Below are positions 1 to 12,508 of a DNA stretch of 64,000 bases, in pieces. The notes under the pieces were generated by a model that did not search any database, was not told where the DNA came from, and saw only the letters and a list, made by a program, of their open reading frames with translations. Source of the DNA: the human T2T-CHM13v2.0 reference genome, Homo sapiens; assembly GCF_009914755.1 (NCBI RefSeq), contig NC_060932.1, one strand, 5' to 3'. How positions within the stretch are numbered: position 1 is the stretch's first letter; every line of letters starts with the position of its first letter. The translations under genes and the position numbers were made by a program.

Positions 1-1261
1 GCAACAATGCCTCAACCCACCATTTCCTTTCAACATCATATTAAATGTCCTATCTAATACATTAAGACAAGAAAAAGAAATAAAAGATATACTCATTGAG
101 GAGAAAAAATAAAACTTTTTCACAGATGACATAATTGTCTATGTAGAAAATCTGAAAAATAGACAAAATGAACAAACAAAAACGTCCTAGAACTAGTAAG
201 CAACTATAGTAAGGTTGCAGGATACAAGATTAATATACAATAGTCAATTACTTTCCTATAGATCAGCAACAAACAAGTGGGATTTGAAATTAAAAACACA
301 ATACCATTACATTAATACCCATAAAAATGAAATACTTTGATATATGTCTAAAGATGTATGAGATCTATAGGAGAAAAGCTACAAAATTCTGATGCAAGAA
401 AAAAATGCATATAGATGAAGATATTCCTTGAAAATGGTTTTAAAAATCTCAATATTATAAACATATACATTCTTCCAAATTTGATTTCTAGGTTCAATGC
501 AATTCTAATCAAAATTCCAGCACATTGTTTTGTGTTTTTTTAAATTTGGAAATATTTTAGATTTATTAGATTTCTGATTTTATTACCTCTTATTTTCCAT
601 ATGGTTTCAATTGTTGTGTGGATTTTAGCAGCCTGATTCTAAAACTTATATGGAAAGGCAAGGGTCCAGAGTAGCCATTACAACATTGTTGTGGAGAAGA
701 ACAAAGATGAAGGACTGATATGGCCCAATTTCAAGATTTGCTATGAAGCTGCAATAATCAAGGGAGTAAGGTTTTGGTGAAATAATAGCCAAATACATCA
801 ATGGAACAGAATATAGAACCCAGAAATAGATGCATACACATGTAGTCAACTGGTGTTTGACAAAGGAGCAAAGGTAATTCAATGGGAAAATAGTAATTTT
901 TTTCAACGAATGCTACTGGAACAACTGGACACCCACATGTAAAAAAAAAATCTAGATACAAATTTTGCACATTTCAAAAATTAACTCAAAATTGATCATA
1001 GACCTAAATGTAAAACACAAAACTATAAACTTTCTAGGGGGAAACATCTCCTTTGTTATCTAGGTGACTTTAGGTTTGGCAATTATGTCTTTTTTGGTAC
1101 AACATCTAAAGCACAATCTATGAAAGAAAAAAATAAGTTAGTCTTCATTAAAATTTTTAAAAGTCACTCTAAGAGAATGAAAAGCAAGCTACGGACTGAA
1201 GGAAAATTGTTGCAAAACATATATCTGATAAATGACTAGTATTCAAAATATACAAATAACT
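1..1261 (+). mobile_element. Old L1 (L1MC-type) ORF2 region, 5' part, degraded
   Basis: Recognisable L1 ORF2 sequence, e.g. 'cacagatgacataattgtctatgtagaaaatc' (FADD motif region) and 'tcaatggaacagaatatagaacccagaaatag'. Continues at 2643 after a younger insertion. Confidence 0.85.
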
Positions 1262-2642
1262 TTTCATTATTATTATTATACTTTAAGTTCTAGGTTACAC
1301 GTGCACAACGTGCAGGTTTGTTACATAGGTATACATGTGCCAAGTTGGTTTGCTGCACCCATTAACTCATCATTTACATTAGGTATTTCTCCTAATGCTA
1401 TCCGTCCCCCTGCCCCCCACTCCACAACAGGCCCTGAGGTGTGATGTTCCCTGCCCTGTGTCCAAGTGTTCCCATTGTTCAATTCCCACCTATGAGTGAG
1501 AACATGTGGTGTTTGGTTTTCTGTCCTTGTGATAGTTTGCTCAGAATGATGGTTTCCAGCTGCATCCATGTTCCTGCAAATGACATGAACTCGTCCTTTT
1601 TTATGGCTGCATAGTATTCCATGCTGTATATGTGGCACATTTTCTTAATCCAGTCTATCATTGATGGACATTTGGCTCGATTCCAAGTCTTTGCTATTGT
1701 GAATAGTGCTACAATAAACATATGTGTGCATGTGTCTTTATAGTAGCATGATTTATAATCCTGCTACTATAAATCCAATCTATTATAATGGATTTACAAT
1801 CCATTACATCCCAGTAATGGGATGGCTGGGTCAAATGGTATTTCTAGTTCTAGATCCTTGAGGAATCACCACACTGTCTTCCACAATGGTTGAACTAGTT
1901 TACACTCCCACCAACAGTGTAAAAGTGTTCCTATTTCTCCACATCCTCTCCAGCATCTGTTGTTTCCTAACTTTTTAATGATCACCATTCTAATTGGTGC
2001 GAGATGGTATCTCATTGTGGTTTTGATTTGCATTTCCCTAATGACCAGTGATGATGAGCAGTTTTTCATGTGTCCGTTGGCTGCATAAATGTCTTCTTTT
2101 GAGTAGTGTCTGTTCATATCCTTTGCCCACTTTTTGATGCAGTTGTTTTTTTCTTGTAAATTTGTTTATGTTCTTTGTAGATTCTGGATATTAGCCCTTT
2201 GTCAGATGGATATATAGACCAATGGAACAGAACAGAGGCCTCAGAAATAACATCACACATCTACAACCATCTGATCTTTGACAAACCTGACAAAAACAAG
2301 AAATGGGGAAAGAAATCCCTATTTAATAAATGGTGCTGGGAAAACTGGCTAGCCATATGTAGAAAGCTGAAACTTATCCCTTCCTTACACCTTATACAAA
2401 AATTAATTCAAGATGGATTAAAGAGTTAAATGTTAGACCTAAAACCATAAAAACCCTAGAAGAAAACCTAGGCATTACCACTCAGGACATAGGCATGGGC
2501 AAGGACTTCATGATTAAAACACCAAAAGCAATGGCAACAAAAGCCAAAATAGACAAAGGGATCTAATTAAACTAAAGAGCTTCTGCACAGCAAAAGAAAC
2601 TACCATGACAGTGAACAGGCAGAATGGGAGAAAATTTTTGCA
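1262..2642 (-). mobile_element. 5'-truncated, 5'-inverted L1PA (L1PA5/6-like)
   Basis: L1PA 3' UTR and ORF2 C-terminus on the minus strand (1262 to ~2210), then a plus-strand ORF2 segment (~2210-2642). Flanked by a 17-bp TSD: aaaatatacaaataact (1245-1261) / aaaatatacaaagaact (2643-2659). Confidence 0.92.
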
Positions 2643-3815
2643 AAAATATACAAAGAACTCTTAAAGCTCAACAATAAGAAAACAAACAACTAAAATATAG
2701 GCAAAGATTTGAACCTCATTGAAGAATATAAATAGATGGTAAATTATATGAAAAGATTCACAGCATCCTACATCATTAGGTAATTGCAAATAAACCCATG
2801 GGATAGCATTATATACCTATTAGAATGGTGAAAATCCAAGACACTGACAAAACCAAGTATTGGCAAAGATGTGGAGCAATAGGAACTCTCATTTATTGCT
2901 GGGGGGAATGCAAATTGATATAGCCCCTATGGAAGACAGTTTGGCAGGTTATTACAAAGTTAACCATATTCTTTGATCCAGCAGTTGCACTTCTTGGCAT
3001 TTATCCAAATGAGTTGAAAACGTATGTCCACATGAAAATCTACACCCAAATTTTTATAGTATCTCATCTTTATACATAATTGCCAAAACTTGGAAGCCAA
3101 CAAGATGTCCTTCAATACAGTAATGCTGTGAGTGGATACACCAAGTGGGGTACACTGTACGATGGGATACTAATCAGCAATAAAACGAAATGAACTATAA
3201 AGTCAATAGAATATGTGGAGATATCTTAAATATATGTGTGTATATATATATACATATATATATACATATATACATATATACATATATATACATACATATA
3301 TACATATATACATATATATACATACATATACATATATATACATACATATACATATATATACACACATATATATATATTTCTAAGTGAAAGAAACCAATCT
3401 GAAAAGGATATGTACTTACTGCATGATTCAATTTTATGACATTCTGGAAAAGGCAAAACAGAAGACAAAAAGAAGATCAGAGGTTGCCAGGGGATCAGAG
3501 GGAGGGAACAATGAATAGGTGGTGCATGGGATTTTTAAGGCAGTGAAGATATTCCATATAATAGTATAATGGTGAATATATGTTAGTATACACTTGCCAA
3601 AACCCATAGAATAACAACACAAATGGTGAATTCTAATGTAAACTAGGTACCTTCATTAATCATACTGTATCAGTATGGGGTTATCAGTTGTAACAAATGT
3701 AATACAGTAATGGAAGATGTTAATGATGGGAGAAAGTGTGTGGCAGGGCAGGAGTGAGGAAGTAAAGGAGTCTTTGTACATTCTGGTCTGGTCAATTTTT
3801 CTTTAAACCTAAACT
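2643..3815 (+). mobile_element. Old L1 (L1MC1/2-like) ORF2 end and 3' UTR, continuing 1-1261
   Basis: Typical L1MC 3' sequence: 'aaccaatctgaaaagg', 'gttgtaacaaatgt...gatgttaatgatggg', 'caatttttctttaaacctaaact'. Confidence 0.75.
3229..3377. repeat. (TA/TACA)n compound microsatellite
   Basis: Direct inspection: about 150 bp of tatatacata-type repeats inside the L1MC. Confidence 0.97.
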
Positions 3816-4315
3816 GACTGATGCATTTTAAGTTCCTAGTATCCTCCAGATTTCTTGGCTCATAGATAAATAATGGGTATTAATCCTGGTCTTTCACCTC
3901 ACGGAGTAATGAGATATGGAAGATTCTCTGAAAGTAAGAAAGGGCTGTCTTTTTTCAATATTAGTGGTGAGTTTAGCCACATTCCCGATGCCAGCCAGTG
4001 TTTTAGAACTACAGAACATATCCCAAAAGAGGCAATAGTCAATGAGGACTTGTCACATCACCAAACTACATGCAAACCCTGGATTATTCTTAGTCTAAAA
4101 GAATCTCATTAAATACTCTCATATGGATGATTTTGGTCTGCAGTGAGTTGTGGCTGGCTGAGATGTCACATTATTGCCTCTGATATACAGAAAGGTAAAA
4201 CATGTACCTTACCTTGTTAGAATTCCAACTTGCCAGATTGTTTTCTGCATTCTTTCCTGCAAGACTCTTGGCCCCTCTAATGAAAGACTATAGACTTTAT
4301 AAAAACATAAAGATT

Positions 4316-4624
4316 ATAAAAACATAATTTATTTTTCACAGTTCTGGAGACAGGGAAGTCTACAAGCAAAGCGCCAAAAGATTTGGTGTGTAGTGAGGGC
4401 TCACTTTCTCATAGACAGCTGCCATCTTATTGTGACGTCACATGATAGAATGAGCAAGGCATCTCTCTGGGAGCTCCTTCATAAGGGCACTAATCCCGTT
4501 CATGAGGGCTGTACCCTCATTATATCATCACCACCCCAAAGCCCCACATCCTAACATAATCAGTTTGGGAGTAAGGATTTCAACATATGAATACTGGGGG
4601 GACATAAACATTCAGATCATAGCA
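4316..4624 (-). mobile_element. MaLR LTR (MLT1A/MLT1A0-like)
   Basis: 'tcacagttctggag...taagggcactaatccc...catgagggc...ggatttcaacatatgaa...acattcagatcatagca' is the reverse complement of the MLT1A start 'tgctatg...tgaatgttt'. Confidence 0.85.
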
Positions 4625-4863
4625 GCTTTGCAGCTTCAAATTTTTTCAATCCATCTACTCTCCTAGTTCTCAATCATCCTACTTCCTATCATAGTCTTTA
4701 AATTAGCTAGTTTATATCGTGACTGAATATTGTCATGTATTAATTGCAAACCTTTCATTAAACTGGGATTCAATCAACTTGAAAATACCTTGATATACAT
4801 TGCTGATTTTATTACCAAGATTATATGGATCTTTTCATTTCTAGCCTAGCTTAGGATGGGAGG

Positions 4864-5419
4864 TGTATTAGTTATTTACTCCTATTTAACAAATTACTCC
4901 ATCTTAGTGGTTCAAAGCAACAAATATTTGTTATTTTGCAATTCAATTCCTTTGAGTCAAAGATTCAGGAGTGGCTTAGTTGTATAGCTCTGGAGAAGAG
5001 TCATTCACAAGATTGTACTCAAGAAATTGGGCTAGGGTTATAGTCATGTGAAGGTGTGAATGAGATAGAAGAATTTACTTCCAAGATGGCTTACTCGCAA
5101 GGAGGTTGGCAGGATGCCTCAGTTTTTTTGTTGGCTATTGTCAGGAGACTTCAGTTCTTTCCATATGGTTCCCTCCACAGGGGTCCTTGAGTGTCCTCAA
5201 AACATGGCACTTGGCCTTCCTCAGAGTGTCCCAAGGCAGAGCAAGAGAGAAGCCATAATGTCTTTTATGATCTAGCTGTATAAGTCATATATTATCAGTT
5301 CTAAAATACCCTAGTGGTTATGTAGGTTGACCTCATTCATTTTGAAAGGGGAATATACAGGGCCATGAACACCAGGAGGTGAGGATCATTGGGGTGGGGT
5401 CATATTAGAGGCTACCACA
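4864..5419 (-). mobile_element. MaLR LTR (MLT1E/F-like)
   Basis: tgtattagtt...taacaaattac...cttagtgg...ttccaagatggcttactc...accaggaggtgaggatcattgggg...ctaccaca, with TG..CA ends. Confidence 0.8.
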
Positions 5420-5569
5420 GTAAGGCATTTGGATGTTTGTTATAATTACAAAATATCAAACTGATACCTCTCCCCTAAATAAACCACATGGATAAAGGCT
5501 AATATGTATTTTTAAATAACTTGTCTTATATTTAATTAATTAATTCCACAATCACTTTTTTGGGGTAGA

Positions 5570-5665
5570 TTCCCTATTTTACAGTTGAAGAGGCTGAGTT
5601 TTCATACCCAATATTACCCAACTAATAAGCTGCAAGGCCAAATTTTGAACCCAATGAGGGCAATG
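5570..5665 (-). mobile_element. MIR fragment
   Basis: Core-like 'ccctattttacagttgaagaggctgag' followed by 'ttttgaaccca'. Confidence 0.55.
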
Positions 5666-5699
5666 CTAATTCTGTTTGAATTTCTATAGAATAATAGTC

Positions 5700-6170
5700 A
5701 ACATTGTTTTCATATTGACTTTCTTGATGAGAAAATGTTCATAAAAGCATGCATCCTCATTATACTGGTCATTCACATGGCTTTCTGCACTGTCAGGCTG
5801 CAAATTATGTTCAATATTATGCCATCCAGATACAGTATCTCCTCTTCCCACAATTTCTTTTCCACTAATCACTTAGCATTCAAGGTTACTCTGTAGTTGA
5901 GGCTCACCACTGCGAAGCATTTAATTTCCAAAGAAATATCATCCATTTGCCATCATTAAAATATAGACTTCAATGTCATCATCACCAGTGCTTGGAAATC
6001 CCCCATGAAGAAGCTCCTCTTTGCTGTGAACATCAACTTTTGTCTTGCAGATGAAAAAGGACATTTTATCTTCTACTCATGAGTCTTTGTGGCAGCTTCT
6101 GCTCTTCCAAATTCATGTTCCCTTGGGGAATGAATGTGTATAAGAACTGTAATTTTCATTCTAACCACAC
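5700..6170 (-). mobile_element. Probable ancient RTE-clade LINE (L4/MamRTE-type) AP-endonuclease fossil
   Basis: Frameshifted minus-strand peptides in the expected order and spacing: ITVLIHIHSP (~6153-6124), FHLQDK, FFMGDFQA (~6012-5989), SGWHNIEH (~5830-5807), ACFYEHFLI. These resemble the YAPT / GDFNA / WHxIDY / CWTDH motifs. Confidence 0.35.
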
Positions 6171-6874
6171 ATCTAAGGGCACAGAGCCCTGAAGATATGA
6201 TCTGTCTTAGCCTTGATTCATGACTGTTTTAATACCTCCAGTTAGCATTTGGTGCACACAGTTTCAACTTCAATAAAAACACTGTGACTACTGCCAAAGA
6301 GGTAGAATGGTAGAGCAAGCTGCACAAATCACAGAGGATGCTAAATTCATTTTGACCAAAAATCTAAGATTCCTATTGTGGCTTATTTAAGCAGCAGAAT
6401 TATAAAGCTTGGAATTTCATTTGCAAGAGTCAGTTTCACAGATGTTAAATGTTTTGGCTTTCTTTCCACTTTGCAAGCTTGATCACAAATTATGTCTTGG
6501 CCCTGCTTTATTTCTTAGTCACTTGAACTCCAATTGTGGGGTCGAGTTCTGATGGTTCTTTATCTATCCCAGATCAAAATTAGGGCATTTTCTTTAAAAC
6601 CTCCCAGGCTTGGAATGACAAAGAAATAGGCCAACTGCTAAATGGTTGCTGCTACTCTAAATAAGATTGGGGATGTAACATAATGGACAGAATCTCATAT
6701 TATCTTAAGAAAAGCCCTCCGTGTGGTAAAGAGACACCTTCAAGAGGTCTGGGTTGACCTCAGCATGACAGTAATTCTCCAGAAAGCAGATTGCATAACA
6801 ATAGATGATCCCTCTCTACGTTACTGTCTAAGGAAGCTGGGTCTCATTTAATTCAGGGTGTCAGATGGCATTAA

Positions 6875-7112
6875 AAGATATTTTAATCATCTTAGATATA
6901 ACAACAATTCTGTATTTACATGAGAACATTTCCCTATTTTATGAAGATTCATATTGAGATACATAGGACTGACATGACCTATTGTCTGTAATTTAAGCTA
7001 CATCAGCAAGTAAAATAGATGATGCAAGTATAGCAAAAGGTTATCAATTGTTAAATACAGGTAGTAGATATTTAGACGCTTAATTCACACACTTTTTTAG
7101 AATAAAAAGTAA
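6875..7112 (+). mobile_element. Old L1M (L1MC4/L1ME-type) 3' UTR fragment
   Basis: 'aaaatagatgatgcaagtatagcaaaaggttatcaattgttaaatacaggt...' ending in 'aataaaaagt'. Confidence 0.55.
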
Positions 7113-7419
7113 AAGAAGAGCTGAATGAGGTACAAAAATTGGGGGACAAAGTGCACAGGTTAGAACAGTAGAAGAAAGGGTGAGGCCTTGCTATAAGCCA
7201 TCTTTCTTCACTGTCCTTCCCTAAGGCAACATTCAGGCTACTGTCTTAATAAACATTGGACAAATATTTAAAGAACATATTTTAGGAAATACTAAATTAT
7301 GTGTCTGGCTTCAAGTTTGGCCTGTAAAGTAACTCTTTTTAAATCTGTAGCTCAGAAACTTAACCAGTAGGAGGGCAACAAGACCTAAGAAATGAAGGTG
7401 AATGAAGTGAAAATAATTA

Positions 7420-7703
7420 ATTTTTGAACCAAGGTCTTGCTCTGCTCCCCAGGTTGGAGTGCAGTGGCACAATTATAGCTCACTGAAATCTCAAACTCCT
7501 GGTACTCAAGAGATGCTTCCACCTAAGCCTCCCTGGGACTGCAGATGCATACCACCATGACTGGCTAAATCTTCTGGTATTTTTTTGTAGAGACAATCTT
7601 GCTGTGTTTCCTAGGCTGGTCTGGAACTCCTAGCCTCAAGTAATCCTCCTGTCACAGCCTTTCATATTGCCAGCATTACAAGTGTGAACCATCACACATA
7701 GCC
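7420..7703 (-). mobile_element. AluJ (highly diverged)
   Basis: Dimeric Alu reverse complement with J-type 'atagctcactg', 'cctcaagtaatcctcc'. CpGs decayed. Confidence 0.92.
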
Positions 7704-8221
7704 GAGGAAGTAAGTTTAGACAGACAAAAAGATGTTATATCTATATATCTCATGGATAAGAGCTTCAAAACACAGTAGTCAGAGGCCATTTTTAAATAGT
7801 CCCAAAGGTATTACTGCCTCACTGCATGTTCACAGTTACTATTCCAATTTTTAAATAAAAGTTGCTATTTGCAGAATAATTTGCTTAAAGAATAGAAAAG
7901 TGAAGTCAATTTTTAAAAATATTTGATAAAAGATGACTTTTTAAACTGTGGTAATCAGGAATATCATCAGTTATCTGAAAAGTGTTTATTAACTTATTTC
8001 ATCAGTGTGTAAAATAAATGATAGAAAGTAATACCATAAACCAGGAGGACTCTGTTTTGGAGGCATGTTTGAGAAACTGGTCAGCTATTTTAAACTTCTT
8101 TATTCTTTTTTGGTGATGCGGAGTGTGTGCCTATGCATGTGGATTTTATATTTATTTCTCTTTTTTATTTTTGCCATGGTCATTGCCACTTCATTGTTAA
8201 GTAATATAGTACATTTATTCT

Positions 8222-8254
8222 AAAAAAAAAAAAAAGAAAAAAGAAAAGAAAAAA
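8222..8254 (+). repeat. A-rich tract (A14 + GAAAA repeats)
   Basis: Direct inspection. Confidence 0.9.
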
Positions 8255-10659
8255 GGCTATCTGTGAAAGCATATGGGGTTTCCACGCAGATTAAACTATG
8301 TGTTGAGGAAAGTTTAAAAAAAATCTGAAAAATACTTTTTCCTCTTCCTTTTTCTTTGCACAATTTGCAAGGGAACAAGCAGTCTGCAACAAGGATGACA
8401 GTAGAAAATGAGGTAATTAACTATACAACTGAGAGTCAGAAGATAATCCAAAGAGAAGTTGAGAAAGCTTAGGCCAGCTGGGTAATTTAATTTTGTCATT
8501 AGTGGTAATCAGTGCTTGCTATTCATCAAAATAATCCTAAAATGGGATCAAAGAGAAAGTTCATAGTCCTGATGATGTTAACCTGAAGATTCCTATTTTT
8601 TTATTTGTATGCATGTGCATAAGAAAATTAGCTATGATGTAAAAATTTTAATAAACATGTTTTATATTAAATGTATAAAAATTATTTATTTATTCCTTTC
8701 CATAATATTATTTTAGATTCATATTTCCTTGAGTAACATCAAAGTTGATAGAATTTGAAAATTAAATGTGAAACTGTGCATAATTCCTTAATCGTAGATT
8801 ATTTAAAACAATATTGAGTCCTGATAAGAAATGTTTAGTAAGCATTTTTCCTTAATAAATTATCATTTTGAACCTCTCTTTTCAGCCTTCCCAAGGTATT
8901 TTAAATGGAATTCAATTTGTGAATATTTGACTCTATAAAGATCTTTAAAATAGTCAAAATAAGTATATTTCTTCTCATCAATTAAAAAAATGTGTTTTTT
9001 TTTTCATTTTTTTCCCCTCAAGGGGAAAATTCCACAAAAATTCTAGCTGCCCAAACTTTTCTGATCCAATAAAGCTGGTAGCATGGACCCTGTAGAAAGT
9101 TATTTTCTGACTTAATTTTATAACATAGAGTTAAAAAGACATTTTTTTCTGAAAGCATTGTGGCTTTGACTCAACTCTTGACATCATTTTTGGTTGAAAT
9201 ACACCTAGATAAAAATATACTGTGATTTCTTACAAAAGATTAGGAGAGAAGGGATGTAAAAACAATATCCTTGAGCTAGTATTCTAACCTTAGGCAAAGT
9301 ATCCAAGTATTATTGGTAAAATTAAGTTTAAGCTTTTTATCATGTATGAAAAGCACATAAAACAGTTAAGAAAGGCAATGGTGTCATTAATTTTTCTATC
9401 TTCCCATCTGCTTAACTCTCTATATCTACCTTCAGGTACACATATAAACACATACACATGTTTTAAAGAGCAAGATGAAATTAGAAAGATGTGGGAAACT
9501 ATAGAAAATGATGTACCAGATGGCAGGAGATATGGAGGAGACAAGTTCTCTCACCTTCAGCGGTGAGATTACATGTGTCAACAAACCTCCAACACATATA
9601 CTTTAAAAAAAAATGTAGCACTGTATATAGACTTTTGAATATGGGAAATAAAATTTCACTCTAATTAAGATGAGAAATAGTCATTACACATTTGGACTTG
9701 TTCCAGTTCTCACAAGGGCAAATTCCTAAACTGCCATTTTCTTTTCCCATTATAGATTCTGGCACCAGGACAAGATATTAGGATTTTAATACCTTAATAT
9801 ATTCTATGAAATATACTAGTGTACTTTACTATTTTGACCTTTTGGCATATCATATTTTGATTCGGATGGCCATTTCACTCTTTACTCTCAAGCTCAGGGA
9901 GGCCATAAAAGACCAAAATGAATGGATTGACTATAGCTAGTCATAATACAGAATACTGAAAAGGTCATTGTATCTCATCGACTCTGCTATTATTCATGGA
10001 ATATACAGGATCTTAAATATTTGATACTGTAGTCTTGTGACAAAGAAATCCAGGAGAAAGTGGGACCAAAAATCACTTCTCATGGCAAAATTGCACCATA
10101 ATTCAAGAATAAGAAATAGAAGCCTAGTACAAAGGGAAAATCAATCATTTGCACTTTTTTTCCTCTCTTCCTTTTTGGTAAAATGTATCTATGAGCACGT
10201 GCTATCAAAAAGAAGAGGAGGCATAAAGGTATCTGAAAATGTTAAAGGAATAGCTTGACATAAACAGAATTTAGGAATTCGGATTTCTGGTAGCATTTTC
10301 CAAGAGTTTCTAGGTCAGATTTGCTTCTATTCTGTAGAAGAGATTATGTGGCTATACATCTAAAAGAAATATAAGGAAATTTACCCAATTTAAGGTATTA
10401 GCATAGAATGCCTAAATAACATTTTCTGTACTAGAAATTTTAAAATGTTTTTTTCCACCCACTTATAATATTAAGTAGCCAGAGGAGTTCCAGGTTCCTC
10501 ATCCACAGATAGAAAATAAGCTCCTAGGTGGTACCTTAACCGCCGTGTCTTACAGAGCTGTATTTGTTGCTGCTGCTATTTCATATTGAATGACTCAAAT
10601 AAAATCAACCATAAAAATTAAAGGAATAGTGGGTCAAACTGACCAAACTTAAAGAGCCA

Positions 10660-11510
10660 ATTAATCAAGAAGAAATACGTATCACCAAAGAAAAATTTTG
10701 ACAAAAAGCTCAATCTCACTAGTAATTCTTTAAATGTAATTTAAGCATCAATTATATTCATTTTCAGCGACCTATAACAGAAGAGTAAAAAAGATGTAAA
10801 AACCCCACTGTTTGTGAGAGTTAGAAAAAATGATATTCTAATATTTCTTAGGAAAATATATTAATAAATCCTACTTGGAGGGCACTATTATTCAAATGAA
10901 TTTAAAATGTGCATAGCTTTAATTCAGCAATCCAACTTCTGTATTTATCCTAAGGAATAAACTAGATGTGTGCAATGACTTATCTTTAAGATAATTACAG
11001 TGATAATGATAGTGAAGCACAATGATATTAACACTTGTAAAATACTGAAGACAACAGGAGGTTAAATAAATTGCATTCTGTTTACATTATTTAACTTTAG
11101 GAAAAGCTTAAGGACTTAGAAAACGTTCATAATGTAAGTGAAAAAAAGTAAGTAGCAACTTAATATCTTGAATATGTTTCCAATTCGTAGAGTGTGTGTA
11201 TGCGTATGCATGTAAGGTGTATTATTGTATTAAAATCTGTTGGTAATTTTAACAGTGATTGAATCTAGGTAATTATAAGATGATAAAAATGGGTAATTTT
11301 GTGTGAGTGTTTCTGTGTGTGTGCATATATATGGAAAAAAGTCTGGGAGAACAAACATAGAAATGTGAGTAGTAGTTAATTCTGAGACATAAAATTATAA
11401 TTATGGGTAATTTTTGTATGTGATGTGTTTGTGTCTACTTTTCTGAATTTTCTCAATATTCTATAATCAACATGCATGACTGCTTTAAAAACTGAAGAAA
11501 ATATCACTTA
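10660..11510 (+). mobile_element. L1ME-type ORF2 end/3' UTR fragments
   Basis: 'aagctcaatctcactagtaat', 'tttaaaatgtgcatagctttaattcagcaatccaacttctg...tttatcctaaggaataa', 'ggaaaaaagtctgggagaacaaac'. Confidence 0.6.
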
Positions 11511-12431
11511 AAAAAAAAGAAAAGAAAAGCCAGGAGAAATGTATTCAAATGGTGATAAGAAATCAGAAAGCTCTGAATTACAGTAATACTTCAGAGAAAC
11601 ATTGGAAGATTCTGATATGAAACATTGGAAGATACAGTAATACTTCAGAGAAACTTTGGAGCAACCAATACATTTCTCCTTTGTAAATTGTCATGTCTTT
11701 ACCTAGGACTAATTTCCTGAGGTGTGTGTGTGAGCAGTGAGGGAAGCTACAGATAAAAAAAACTAAAAAATTAAGAGAAAAAATTCACTAGTTGTTGCAA
11801 AACTCAGTTATTTAAAATGTTTAGCCCTTCTAAAGTTTCTACCAGAGACAGACTACGGAATATAACACAGACTGAATGTGAGGGTTTAGTGCTTACTAAG
11901 CCACTAGGTCACATGATTCATGACTAACAACATGTACTTCTCTTTCACAAATTGTATAAACATCATACACAGCAGACCTTTCTTTCAAAATCATTCTATA
12001 CCTTGCCAAGAATCTCTTTAAGTTCTCAGAAAATTAGTCTGAGTCCCAGAACTATGGTTTAGATTCTACTGATGTCAGGAGAAAACTTAGCCACTGATTG
12101 CTTGATATACTTTAGTTTCTAGTGCCTTAACAAAGATTTGAATTCGGTTAGATTAGTTCAGTTGTGGGGCACTTACCAGCACGACATTTTTATTTATTTC
12201 CAAGATGTGAACTGATAGGATAAAAATTCTATTTCATATAACCCTCTTTGAATTATGAAAATAACAGTTCTTTGGGATATGTCACCCTATCTTGATTTTA
12301 TTTTGTGGAATACAATGATACACTCCAAATATCAAGAAGAAATTCATGCTACTGATTTTGTTTTTCAGAATGTGATGCATTAATTTGTATTTTGTTCCTG
12401 TTATTTTTTTCCTCCTACCATTTTTTAAAAG

Positions 12432-12508
12432 GTAGCTTTCACAGAAGCTTCTCACAGATATCCTCTCATCAGCGTTTGAAATTATGTAGCAGGGAGCCCC
12501 AGAGACAG
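12432..12508 (+). other. Candidate non-coding internal exon
   Basis: Perfect donor CAG|GTAAGT (12506-12514), preceded by pyrimidine-rich acceptors with AG ending at 12368, 12431 or 12444, in non-repeat sequence. No protein similarity recognised. Confidence 0.25.

Noticed and set aside
3190-3468. Tyr/Ile/His-rich ORFs
   Set aside because: Translations of a TA/CA microsatellite.
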